A stretch of DNA of 64,000 bases from Ranitomeya imitator (taxonomy: Eukaryota). A model generated the notes under the pieces. That model saw only the letters and a program-made list of their open reading frames with translations, made no database searches and had not been told where the DNA came from. The stretch's first letter is position 1. Each line of letters opens with the position of its first letter. Of this stretch, positions 18,001 to 32,765 are shown one piece after another. The position numbers and the translations under genes are program-made. The stretch covers positions 54,002,001 through 54,066,000 of the forward strand of contig NC_091283.1 in the NCBI RefSeq assembly GCF_032444005.1, read 5' to 3'.

Positions 18001-21000
18001 TACATTGTACTTACACATCACCGACTCTACTACATCACGTGTGCCCTGGTCTATATATACTGTATCATCACTACATTGTACTTACACATCACCGACTCTA
18101 CTACATCACATGTACCCTGGTCTATATATACTGTATCATCACTACATTGTACTTACACATCACCGACTCTACTACATCACGTGTGCCCTGGTCTATATAT
18201 ACTGTATCATCACTACATTGTACTTACACATCTCCGACTCTACTACATCACGTGTGCCCTGGTCTATATATATACTGTATCATCACTACATTGTACTTAC
18301 ACATCACCGACTCTACTACATCACGTGTGCCCTGGTCTATATATACTGTATCATCACTACATTATACTTACACATCTCCGACTCTACTACATCACGTGTG
18401 CCCTGGTCTATATATACTGTATCATCACTACATTGTACTTACACATCACCGACTCTACTACATCACATGTGCCCTGGTCTATATATACTGTATCATCACT
18501 ACATTGTACTTACACATCACCGACTCTACTACATCACATGTGCCCTGGTCTATATATACTGTATCATCACTACATTGTACTTACACATCACCGGCTCTAC
18601 TACATCACGTGTGTCCTGGTCTATATATACTGTATCATCACTACATTGTACTTACACATCACCGACTCTACTACATCACGTGTGTCCTGGTCTATATATA
18701 CTGTATCATCACGACATTGTACTTACACATCACCGACTCTACTACATCACGTGTGCCCTGGTCTATATATACTGTATCATCACTACATTGTACTTACACA
18801 TCACCGGCTCTACTACATCACGTGTGCCCTGGTCTATATATACTGTATCATCACTACATTGAACTTACACATCACCGACTCTACTACATCACGTGTGCCC
18901 TGGTCTATATATACTGTATCATCACTACATTGTACCTACACATCACCGACTCTGCTACATCACGTGTGCCCTGGTCTATATATACTGTATCATCACTACA
19001 TTGTACTTACACATCTCCGACTCTGCTACATCACATGTGCCCTGGTCTATATATACTGTATCATCACTACATTATACTTACACATCACCGACTCTACTAC
19101 ATCACGTGCGCCCTGGTCTATATATACTGTATCATCACTACATTGTACTTACACATCACCGACTCTACTACATCACGTGTGTCCTGGTCTATATATACTG
19201 TATCATCACTACATTGTACTTACACATCGCCGACTCTACTACATCACGTGTGTCCTGGTCTATATATACTGTATCATCACTACATTGTACTTACACATCA
19301 CCGACTCTACTACATCACGTGTGTCCTGGTCTATATATACTGTATCATCACGACATTGTACTTACACATCACCGACTCTACTACATCACGTGTGCCCTGG
19401 TCTATATATACTGTATCATCACTACATTGTACTTACACATCACCGGCTCTACTACATCACGTGTGCCCTGGTCTATATATACTGTATCATCACTACATTG
19501 AACTTACACATCACCGACTCTACTACATCACGTGTGCCCTGGTCTATATATACTGTATCATCACTACATTGTACCTACACATCACCGACTCTGCTACATC
19601 ACGTGTGCCCTGGTCTATATATACTGTATCATCACTACATTGTACTTACACATCTCCGACTCTGCTACATCACATGTGCCCTGGTCTATATATACTGTAT
19701 CATCACTACATTATACTTACACATCACCGACTCTACTACATCACGTGCGCCCTGGTCTATATATACTGTATCATCACTACATTGTACTTACACATCACCG
19801 ACTCTACTACATCACGTGTGTCCTGGTCTATATATACTGTATCATCACTACATTGTACTTACACATCGCCGACTCTACTACATCACGTGTGTCCTGGTCT
19901 ATATATACTGTATTATCACTACATTGTACTTACACATCACCGACTCTACTACATCACGTGTGTCCTGATCTATATATACTGTATCATCACTACATTGTAC
20001 TTACACATCACCGACTCTGCTACATCACGTGTGTCCTGGTCTATATATACTGTATCATCACTACATTATACTTACACATCACCGACTCTACTACATCACG
20101 TGTGTCCTGGTCTATATATACTGTATCATCACTACATTGTACTTACACATCGCCGACTCTACTACATCACGTGTGTCCTGGTCTATATATACTGTATTAT
20201 CACTACATTGTACTTACACATCACCGACTCTACTACATCACGTGTGTCCTGATCTATATATACTGTATCATCACTACATTGTACTTACACATCACCGACT
20301 CTGCTACATCACGTGTGTCCTGGTCTATATATACTGTATCATCACTACATTATACTTACACATCACCGACTCTACTACATCACGTGTGTCCTGGTCTATA
20401 TATACTGTATCATCACTACATTATACTTACACATCACCGACTCTACTACATCACGTGTGCCCTGGTCTATATATACTGTATCATCACTACATTGTACTTA
20501 CACATCACCGACTCTACTACATCACGTGTGTCCTGGTCTATATATACTGTATCATCACTACATTGTACTTACACATCACCGACTCTACTACATCACGTGT
20601 GTCCTGGTCTATATATACTGTATCATCACTACATTATACTTACACATCACCGACTCTACTACATCACGTGCGCCCTGGTCTATATATACTGTATTATCAC
20701 TACATTGTACTTACACATCACCGACTCTACTACATCACGTGTGTCCTGGTCTATATATACTGTATTATCACTACATTGTACTTACACATCACCGACTCTA
20801 CTACATCACGTGCGCCCTGGTCTATATATACTGTATCATCACTACATTGTACTTACACATCGCCGACTCTACTACATCACGTGTGCCCTGGTCTATATAT
20901 ACTGTATCATCACTACATTATACTTACACATCACCGACTCTGCTACATCACATGTGCCCTGGTCTATATATACTGTATCATCACTACATTGTACTTACAC

Positions 21001-24000
21001 ATCGCCGACTCTACTACATCACGTGTGCCCTGGTCTATATATACTGTATCATCACTACATTGTACTTACACATCACCGACTCTACTACATCACATGTGCC
21101 CTGGTCTATATATACTGTATCATCACTACATTGTACTTACACATCACCGACTCTGCTACATCACGTGTGCCCTGGTCTATATATACTGTATCATCACTAC
21201 ATTGTACTTACACATCACCGACTCTGCTACATCACGTGTGCCCTGGTCTATATATACTGTATCATCACTACATTGTACTTACACATCACCGACTCTGCTA
21301 CATCACGTGTGCCCTGGTCTATATATACTGTATCATCACTACATTGTACTTACACATCACCGACTCTGCTACATCACGTGTACCCTGGTCTATATATACT
21401 GTATCATCACTACATTGTACTTACACATCACCGACTCTACTACATCACGTGTGTCCTGGTCTATATATACTGTATCATCACTACATTGTACTTACACATC
21501 ACCGACTCTACTACATCACGTGTGCCCTGGTCTATATATACTGTATCATCACTACATTGTACTTACACATCACCGACTCTACTACATCACGTGTGTCCTG
21601 GTCTATATATACTGTATCATCACTACATTGTACTTACACATCACCGACTCTACTACATCACGTGTGTCCTGGTCTATATATACTGTATCATCACTACATT
21701 GTACTTACACATCACCGACTCTACTACATCACGTGTGTCCTGGTCTATATATACTGTATCATCACTACATTGTACTTACACATCACCGGCTCTACTACAT
21801 CACGTGTGCCCTGGTCTATATATACTGTATCATCACTACATTATACTTACACATCTCCGACTCTACTACATCACGTGTGCCCTGGTCTATATATACTGTA
21901 TCATCACTACATTGTACTTACACATCACCGACTCTACTACATCACGTGTGTCCTGGTCTATATATACTGTATCATCACTACATTGTACTTACACATCACC
22001 GACTCTACTACATCACGTGTGTCCTGGTCTATATATACTGTATCATCACTACATTATACTTACACATCTCCGACTCTACTACATCACGTGTGCCCTGGTC
22101 TATATATACTGTATCATCACTACATTATACTTACACATCACCGACTCTACTACATCACGTGTGCCCTGGTCTATATATACTGTATCATCACTACATTGTA
22201 CTTACACATCACCGGCTCTACTACATCACGTGTGTCCTGGTCTATATATACTGTATCATCACTACATTGTACTTACACATCACCGGCTCTACTACATCAC
22301 GTGTGTCCTGGTCTATATATACTGTATCATCACTACATTGTACTTACACATCACCGACTCTGCTACATCACGTGTGTCCTGGTCTATATATACTGTATCA
22401 TCACTACATTGTACTTACACATCACCGACTCTACTACATCACGTGTGCCCTGGTCTATATATACTGTATCATCACTACATTGTACTTACACATCACCGAC
22501 TCTTCTACATCACGTGTGCCCTGGTCTATATATACTGTATCATCACTACATTATACTTACACATCTCCGACTCTGCTACATCACATGTGTCCTGGTCTAT
22601 ATATACTGTATCATCACTACATTGTACTTACACATCACCGGCTCTACTACATCACGTGTGCCCTGGTCTATATATACTGTATCATCACTACATTATACTT
22701 ACACATCTCCGACTCTGCTACATCACATGTGCCCTGGTCTATATATACTGTATTATCACTACATTGTACTTACACATCACCGACTCTACTACATCACGTG
22801 TGTCCTGGTCTATATATACTGTATCATCACTACATTGTACTTACACATCACCGGCTCTGCTACATCACGTGTGTCCTGGTCTATATATACTGTATCATCA
22901 CTACATTGTACTTACACATCACCGACTCTACTACATCACGTGTGTCCTGGTCTATATATACTGTATCATCACTACATTGTACTTACACATCACCGACTCT
23001 GCTACATCACGTGTGCCCTGGTCTATATATACTGTATCATCACTACATTATACTTACACATCACCGACTCTGCTACATCACATGTGCCCTGGTCTATATA
23101 TACTGTATCATCACTACATTGTACTTACACATCACCGACTCTACTACATCACGTGTGCCCTGGTCTATATATACTGTATCATCACTACATTGTACTTACA
23201 CATCACCGACTCTACTACATCACGTGTGTCCTGGTCTATATATACTGTATCATCACTACATTGTACTTACACATCACCGGCTCTGCTACATCACGTGTGT
23301 CCTGGTCTATATATACTGTATCATCACTACATTGTACTTACACATCACCGACTCTACTACATCACGTGTGTCCTGGTCTATATATACTGTATCATCACTA
23401 CATTGTACTTACACATCACCGGCTCTGCTACATCACGTGTGTCCTGGTCTATATATACTGTATCATCACTACATTATACTTACACATCACCGACTCTACT
23501 ACATCACGTGTGTCCTGGTCTATATATACTGTATCATCACTACATTGTACTTACACATCACCGGCTCTGCTACATCACGTGTGTCCTGGTCTATATATAC
23601 TGTATCATCACTACATTGTACTTACACATCACCGACTCTACTACATCACGTGTGTCCTGGTCTATATATACTGTATCATCACTACATTGTACTTACACAT
23701 CACCGACTCTGCTACATCACGTGTGCCCTGGTCTATATATACTGTATCATCACTACATTATACTTACACATCACCGACTCTGCTACATCACATGTGCCCT
23801 GGTCTATATATACTGTATCATCACTACATTGTACTTACACATCACCGACTCTACTACATCACGTGCGCCCTGGTCTATATATACTGTATCATCACTACAT
23901 TGTACTTACACATCACCGACTCTACTACATCACGTGTGTCCTGGTCTATATATACTGTATCATCACTACATTGTACTTACACATCACCGGCTCTACTACA

Positions 24001-27000
24001 TCACGTGTGTCCTGGTCTATATATACTGTATCATCACTACATTGTACTTACACATCACCGACTCTGCTACATCACGTGTGCCCTGGTCTATATATACTGT
24101 ATCATCACTACATTATACTTACACATCACCGACTCTGCTACATCACATGTGCCCTGGTCTATATATACTGTATCATCACTACATTGTACTTACACATCAC
24201 CGACTCTACTACATCACGTGCGCCCTGGTCTATATATACTGTATCATCACTACATTGTACTTACACATCACCGACTCTACTACATCACGTGCGCCCTGGT
24301 CTATATATACTGTATCATCACTACATTGTACTTACACATCACCGACTCTACTACATCACGTGTGTCCTGGTCTATATATACTGTATCATCACTACATTGT
24401 ACTTACACATCACCGGCTCTGCTACATCACGTGTGTCCTGGTCTATATATACTGTATCATCACTACATTGTACTTACACATCACCGGCTCTGCTACATCA
24501 CGTGTGTCCTGGTCTATATATACTGTATCTTCACTACATTGTACTTACACATCACCGACTCTGCTACATCACGTGTGCCCTGGTCTATATATACTGTATC
24601 ATCACTACATTGTACTTACACATCACCGACTCTGCTACATCACGTGTGCCCTGGTCTATATATACTGTATCATCACTACATTGTACTTACACATCACCGA
24701 CTCTACTACATCACGTGTGCCCTGGTCTATATATACTGTATCATCACTACATTATACTTACACATCACCGACTCTTCTACATCACGTGTGTCCTGGTCTA
24801 TATATACTGTATCATCACTACATTGTACTTACACATCACCGACTCTACTACATCACGTGTGCCCTGGTCTATATATACTGTATCATCACTACATTGTACT
24901 TACACATCGCCGGCTCTACTACATCACGTGTGTCCTGGTCTATATATACTGTATCATCACTACATTATACTTACACATCACCGGCTCTACTACATCACGT
25001 GTGCCCTGGTCTATATATACTGTATCATCACTACATTGTACTTACACATCACCGACTCTGCTACATCACGTGTGCCCTGGTCTATATATACTGTATCATC
25101 ACTACATTGTACTTACACATCACCGACTCTACTACATCACGTGCGCCCTGGTCTATATATACTGTATCATCACTACATTATACTTACACATCACCGGCTC
25201 TACTACATCACGTGTGCCCTGGTCTATATATACTGTATCATCACTACATTGTACTTACACATCACCGACTCTGCTACATCATGTGTACCCTGGTCTATAT
25301 ATACTGTATCATCACTACATTGTACTTACACATCGCCGGCTCTACTACATCACGTGTGTCCTGGTCTATATATACTGTATCATCACTACATTATACTTAC
25401 ACATCACCGACTCTGCTACATCACATGTGCCCTGGTCTATATATACTGTATCATCACTACATTGTACTTACACATCACCGGCTCTGCTACATCACGTGTG
25501 CCCTGGTCTATATATACTGTATCATCACTACATTGTACTTACACATCGCCGGCTCTGCTACATCACGTGTGTCCTGGTCTATATATACTGTATCATCACT
25601 ACATTATACTTACACATCACCGACTCTACTACATCACGTGTGTCATGGTCTATATATACTGTATCATCACTACATTATACTTACACATCACCGACTCTGC
25701 TACATCACGTGTGCCCTGGTCTATATATACTGTATCATCACTACATTATACTTACACATCACCGACTCTACTACATCACGTGTGTCCTGGTCTATATATA
25801 CTGTATCATCACTACATTGTACTTACACATCGCCGGCTCTGCTACATCACGTGTGTCCTGGTCTATATATACTGTATCATCACTACATTATACTTACACA
25901 TCACCGACTCTACTACATCACGTGTGCCCTGGTCTATATATACTGTATCATCACTACATTGTACTTACACATCACCGACTCTGCTACATCACGTGTGTCC
26001 TGGTCTATATATACTGTATCATCACTACATTGTACTTACACATCACCGACTCTGCTACATCACGTGTGTCCTGGTCTATGTATACTGTATCATCACTACA
26101 TTGTACTTACACATCACCGACTCTACTACATCACATGTGCCCTGGTCTATATATACTGTATCATCACTACATTGTACTTACACATCGCTTGCTCTGCTAC
26201 ATCACGTGTGCCCTGGTCTATATATACTGTATCATCACTACATTGTACTTACACATCACCGACTCTGCTACATCACGTGTGTCCTGGTCTATATATACTG
26301 TATCATCACTACATTATACTTACACATCACCGACTCTACTACATCACGTGTGTCCTGGTCTATATATACTGTATCATCACTACATTGTACTTACACATCA
26401 CCGACTCTACTACATCACATGTGCCCTGGTCTATATATACTGTATCATCACTACATTATACTTACACATCACCGACTCTACTACATCACGTGTGTCCTGG
26501 TCTATATATACTGTATCATCACTACATTGTACTTACACATCACCGACTCTACTACATCACGTGTGCCCTGGTCTATATATACTGTATCATCACTACATTG
26601 TACTTACACATCACCGACTCTACTACATCACATGTGCCCTGGTCTATATATACTGTATCATCACTACATTATACTTACACATCACCGACTCTACTACATC
26701 ACGTGTGTCCTGGTCTATATATACTGTATCATCACTACATTATACTTACACATCACCGACTCTACTACATCACGTGTGTCCTGGTCTATATATACTGTAT
26801 CATCACTACATTGTACTTACACATCACCGACTCTACTACATCACATGTGCCCTGGTCTATATATACTGTATCATCACTACATTATACTTACACATCACCG
26901 ACTCTACTACATCACATGTGCCCTGGTCTATATATACTATATCATCACTACATTGTACTTACACATCACCGACTCTACTACATCACGTGTGCCCTGGTCT

Positions 27001-30000
27001 ATATATACTGTATCATCACTACATTGTACTTACACATCACCGACTCTACTACATCACGTGTGTCCTGGTCTATATATACTGTATCATCACTACATTGTAC
27101 TTACACATCGCCGACTCTACTACATCACATGTGCCCTGGTCTATATATACTGTATCATCACTACATTATACTTACACATCACCGACTCTACTACATCACG
27201 TGTGTCCTGGTCTATATATACTGTATCATCACTACATTGTACTTACACATCACCGACTCTACTACATCACGTGTGCCCTGGTCTATATATACTGTATCAT
27301 CACTACATTGTACTTACACATCACCGACTCTGCTACATCACGTGTGCCCTGGTCTATATATACTATATCATCACTACATTGTACTTACACATCACCGACT
27401 CTACTACATCACGTGTGCCCTGGTCTATATATACTGTATCATCACTACATTATACTTACACATCACCGACTCTACTACATCACGTGTGCCCTGGTCTATA
27501 TATACTATATCATCACTACATTGTACTTACACATCACCGACTCTACTACATCACGTGTGCCCTGGTCTATATATACTGTATCATCACTACATTATACTTA
27601 CACATCACCGACTCTACTACATCACGTGTGTCCTGGTCTATATATACTGTATCATCACTACATTGTACTTACACATCACCGACTCTACTACATCACGTGT
27701 GCCCTGGTCTATATATACTGTATCATCACTACATTGTACTTACACATCGCCGACTCTACTACATCACGTGTGCCCTGATCTATATATATACTGTATCATC
27801 ACTACATTATACTTACACATCACCGACTCTACTACATCACGTGTGCCCTGGTCTATATATACTGTATCATCACTACATTATACTTACACATCACCGACTC
27901 TACTACATCACGTGTGCCCTGGTCTATATATACTGTATCATCACTACATTGTACTTACACATCACCGACTCTGCTACATCACGTGTGCCCTGGTCTATAT
28001 ATACTGTATCATCACTACATTATACTTACACATCACCGACTCTGCTACATCACGTGTGTCCTGGTCTATATATACTGTATCATCACTACATTGTACTTAC
28101 ACATCACCGACTCTGCTACATCACGTGTGCCCTGGTCTATATATACTGTATCATCACTACATTGTACTTACACATCACCGACTCTGCTACATCACGTGTG
28201 CCCTGGTCTATATATACTGTATCATCACTACATTATACTTACACATCACCGACTCTTCTACATCACGTGTGCCCTGGTCTATATATACTGTATCATCACT
28301 ACATTGTACTTACACATCACCGACTCTTCTACATCACGTGTGCCCTGGTCTATATATACTGTATCATCACTACATTGTACTTACACATCACCGGCTCTAC
28401 TACATCACGTGTGCCCTGGTCTATATATACTGTATCATCACTACATTGTACTTACACATCACCGACTCTTCTACATCACATGTGCCCTGGTCTATATATA
28501 CTGTATCATCACTACATTATACTTACACATCACCGACTCTTCTACATCACGTGTGCCCTGGTCTATATATACTGTATCATCACTACATTATACTTACACA
28601 TCACCGACTCTACTACATCACGTGTGCCCTGGTCTATATATACTGTATCATCACTACATTGTACTTACACATCACCGACTCTTCTACATCACGTGTGCCC
28701 TGGTCTATATATACTGTATCATCACTACATTGTACTTACACATCACCGGCTCTACTACATCACGTGTGCCCTGGTCTATATATACTGTATCATCACTACA
28801 TTGTACTTACACATCACCGGCTCTACTACATCACGTGTGCCCTGGTCTATATATACTGTATCATCACTACATTATACTTACACATCGCCGACTCTACTAC
28901 ATCACGTGTACCCTGGTCTATATATACTGTATCATCACTACATTGTACTTACACATCGCCGGCTCTGCTACATCACGTGTGCCCTGGTCTATATATACTG
29001 TATCATCACTACATTATACTTACACATCACCGGCTCTACTACATCACGTGTGTCCTGGTCTATATATACTGTATCATCACTACATTGTACTTACACATCG
29101 CCGGCTCTGCTACATCACGTGTGCCCTGGTCTATATATACTGTATCATCACTACATTGTACTTACACATCGCCGGCTCTGCTACATCACGTGTGTCCTGG
29201 TCTATATATACTGTATCATCACTACATTGTACTTACACATCGCCGGCTCTGCTACATCACGTGTGCCCTGGTCTATATATACTGTATCATCACTACATTG
29301 TACTTACACATCACCGACTCTACTACATCACGTGTGTCCTGGTCTATATATACTGTATCATCACTACATTATACTTACACATCACCGACTCTGCTACATC
29401 ACGTGTGCCCTGGTCTATATATACTGTATCATCACTACATTATACTTACACATCACCGACTCTGCTACATCACGTGTGTCCTGGTCTATATATACTGTAT
29501 CATCACTACATTGTACTTACACATCACCGACTCTACTACATCACGTGCGCCCTGGTCTATATATACTGTATCATCACTACATTATACTTACACATCACCG
29601 ACTCTGCTACATCACGTGTGCCCTGGTCTATATATACTGTATCATCACTACATTATACTTACACATCACCGACTCTACTACATCACGTGTGTCCTGGTCT
29701 ATATATACTGTATCATCACTACATTGTACTTACACATCGCCGGCTCTGCTACATCACGTGTGCCCTGGTCTATATATACTGTATCATCACTACATTGTAC
29801 TTACACATCACCGACTCTACTACATCACGTGTGCCCTGGTCTATATATACTGTATCATCACTACATTGTACTTACACATCACCGGCTCTGCTACATCACG
29901 TGTGTCCTGGTCTATATATACTGTATCATCACTACATTATACTTACACATCACCGACTCTGCTACATCACGTGTGCCCTGGTCTATATATACTGTATCAT

Positions 30001-30254
30001 CACTACATTATACTTACACATCACCGACTCTGCTACATCACGTGTGTCCTGGTCTATATATACTGTATCATCACTACATTGTACTTACACATCACCGACT
30101 CTACTACATCACGTGTGCCCTGGTCTATATATACTGTATCATCACTACATTGTACTTACACATCACCGGCTCTGCTACATCACGTGTGCCCTGGTCTATA
30201 TATACTGTATCATCACTACATTGTACTTACACATCGCCGGCTCTGCTACATCAC
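1..30254. repeat. 71-bp tandem satellite, ~425 copies, runs off the left edge of the window
   Basis: Consensus TTACACATCACCGACTCTACTACATCACGTGTGCCCTGGTCTATATATACTGTATCATCACTACATTGTAC restarts at 1, 72, 143 etc. It ends abruptly after CATCAC at ~30254. Unit composition is A19 T23 C21 G8. Confidence 0.99.
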
Positions 30255-30825
30255 CTGGGCCCTAGAACATATATTTCACTTCTCATATTGGAAACCTACG
30301 CCAAATTGGTAGCAGGTTTCACTCCGTTTTTCAAGCAGATGTCGCCCTATAGATTGCAACGGGTGAAATCTGCATTGAAAATCCATGGCTGACCCACCCT
30401 GGTCATGAGAACGCTCCTGATTTACGTTTCTTCCATGGCAGGAGCTTGTGATTCTGTGGACCCCTCGTACTGTACTGTCATTTGCCCCAGATTAGGGGTG
30501 CAGAGTCCATCCCGCCACATGTCTGCCCGAGCACATATACACTGCGATGTATTCCTATATGCAGCACCTCCATAGTTACATGATAAGTCTTAAGGTGCTA
30601 GGTTTATTAAAAGGTTTGGGGCTATAAAATATGGGCGCTCCACTCAGCGTCGGACTGGAGCACCTTGGGCCCCCCAGGGAAAATTATTCTTGGGGCCCAC
30701 TATGTAGATACATAGAAATAGATACAAGACCACCAATTGTGCAGTAAAAAGCACTAATATCAGGGTATAATATAAGGTAGTTCACGTCTTAATTATGTAG
30801 CAAGGGTTGGGGTGGCCCCCTCACA

Positions 30826-31195
30826 CAATATAATGTAGCCCCTTCATAAAATATAATGCAGTCCCCTCTCAGAATATAATGCAGCACCCCACAAAATATA
30901 ATGCAACCCCCTCAGGTATAACGCAGTCCCCACCATAGAATATAATGTAGCACTCTCATAGGGTATAATGCAGCCCCCCTCATATAGTATAATGCAGCCC
31001 ACCACAGAATAAAATGTAGTCCTCTGAGAGAATGCAGCCCCACCACAGAATATAATGCAGCCCCCCCATAGAGTATATTGTAGCCCCCTCGTATAGTATG
31101 GTGTAGCCCCCCATAATATAATGCAGTGTAGTCCCGAGAATAATGCAGTCCCCCCACAGAATATAATGTAGCCCCCTCATAAAGTATAATGCAGC
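30826..31195. repeat. Degenerate ~24-bp minisatellite (CCCC-ACAGAATATAATGCAG-like)
   Basis: Recurrent AATATAATG(C/T)AG followed by a C-run, roughly 15 copies. Confidence 0.85.
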
Positions 31196-31199
31196 CTCT

Positions 31200-31897
31200 C
31201 TCCACCCCCATCATTGTCCTCATCACCACCTCCATCATTGCCTTCTCCCCCTCCACCCCTATCATTCTCCCCACCACCTCCATCACTGCCCATTCCACCA
31301 CCTGCATTATTGCCTCCTCCCCCACCATCATTGTCCATTTCATCACCTCCATCATTGCCTCCCCCACCTTCATCATTGCCCATTTCATCACCTCCATCAT
31401 TGCCTCCCACCACCATCATTGCCTCCCCCTCCACCATCACTGACCATCACCTCCATCATCACCTCCGTCATTGCCTCCCCCCACCACCATCATTGCCCAT
31501 CACCTCCATCATTGCCTCCCACCACCATTGCCAATCACCTCCATCATTGCCTCTCCCCTCCACCATCATTGCCCATCATTGCCTCCCCACCATCATTGCC
31601 TATCAGCACCATCATTGACCATCACCTCCATCATTGCCTCCCCACCACCACTGCCTATCACCTCCATTGCCTATCACCTTCATTGCCTATCACCTCCATC
31701 ATTGCCCATCACTTCCATCATAGCCTCCCCACCACCATCAATGCCCATCACCTCCATCATTGCCTCCCCATCATTGCCTATCACCTCCATCATTGTCTCC
31801 CCCACCACCATCATTGCCCATCACCTCCATCATTGTCTTCCCCCCACCACCATCATTGCCCATCATCTCCATCGTTTCCCCCCACCAATATCATTGT
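31200..31897. repeat. Low-complexity CACC(T)CCATCATTGCC repeat, truncated by the gap
   Basis: Dozens of CCATCATTGCC words; it produces the Pro/Ser/His-rich and Gly/Asp-rich spurious ORFs. Confidence 0.9.
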
Positions 31898-32052
31898 NNN
31901 NNNNNNNNNNNNNNNNNNNNNNNNNNNNNNNNNNNNNNNNNNNNNNNNNNNNNNNNNNNNNNNNNNNNNNNNNNNNNNNNNNNNNNNNNNNNNNNNNNNN
32001 NNNNNNNNNNNNNNNNNNNNNNNNNNNNNNNNNNNNNNNNNNNNNNNNNNNN
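31898..32052. other. Assembly gap (155 N)
   Basis: Run of N. Confidence 1.
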
Positions 32053-32124
32053 CATACACACACACGCAGACACAGACACAGGGTCCATAAAGATATTTGG
32101 GGATGCGCACGGGCATAGGATTGG

Positions 32125-32495
32125 AGTATAGGGGTGCATATAGATATATGGGGGTGCACAGGCATAAAGGAGTGCATATAGATATATAGGAGTTAGGAGT
32201 GCACACAGACACATAGGACAGGCATATAGGCGTACATATAGCTATGTGGGGTGCCCCCAGAAACATCACAGGCATATAGGGGTGCATAGATATACAGGGG
32301 TACACACAGACACATAGGACATGCATTGGGTGCATATAGATATATAGGGGTGCACACAGACACATAGGACAGGCGTATAGGGGTGCATATAGATATATAG
32401 GGGTGCACACAGACACATAGGACAGGCATATAGGGGTGCATATAGATATATAGGGGTACACACAGACACATAGGACAGTTCGTATAGGGGTGCAT
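32125..32495. repeat. ~53-bp minisatellite
   Basis: Unit GGGGTGCATATAGATATATAGGGGTGCACACAGACACATAGGACAGGCATATA; GGGGTGCACAC recurs at 32347 and 32400. Confidence 0.85.
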
Positions 32496-32759
32496 GGATG
32501 AATTTAAATGCCTGATCCTTTTCTTCTAAGGGGTAATCGATCACCATGAAGCCTCTCTATAGGAAAGCTCCTAAAATTGATAGGTTTGGTCAACAAATTT
32601 GTATGGAGGCCTTAAGCCTAAAGTCTCTGTCTCCATGTGCCTTGTTGTTGAAGGCAATGTATTGTTCGTTGTTATCAGCCATCTGAATGTTCCGTACTGT
32701 TCCCTCCCCGTCTATAGTAATGAGTAACGAGCAGACAAGCGTACACAATAATAAAAGAT

Positions 32760-32765
32760 TTTATT
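32760..32765 (-). terminator. Probable poly(A) signal of the RhoU-like gene
   Basis: AATAAA on the minus strand ~820 nt after the stop, followed by U/GU-rich sequence (TCTTTTATTATTGTGTACGCTTGT). Confidence 0.55.

Noticed and set aside
1-30254. CRISPR-like array
   Set aside because: There are no unique spacers, units are contiguous, the context is eukaryotic and there are no cas genes.
29-30392. Giant ORFs (up to 6645 aa) with a 71-aa His/Tyr/Cys/Thr repeat in all three + frames
   Set aside because: The 71-bp unit lacks TAA/TAG/TGA on the + strand and 71 is not a multiple of 3, so each frame reads the same peptide out of phase. Rare substitutions freely create stops (~2897, 4965, 18861, 19967, 27777) and +2 indels occur. 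No promoter, splice or domain evidence.
30645-30820. CAGCGTCGGACTGG...GGGCCC as the left end of a hAT-like MITE
   Set aside because: It resembles frog MITE termini, but no matching right end or TSD is visible (possibly lost in the gap), so it is not called.
30912-32547. Pro-, His-, Met- and Gly-rich ORFs around the gap
   Set aside because: They are translations of minisatellites and N runs.
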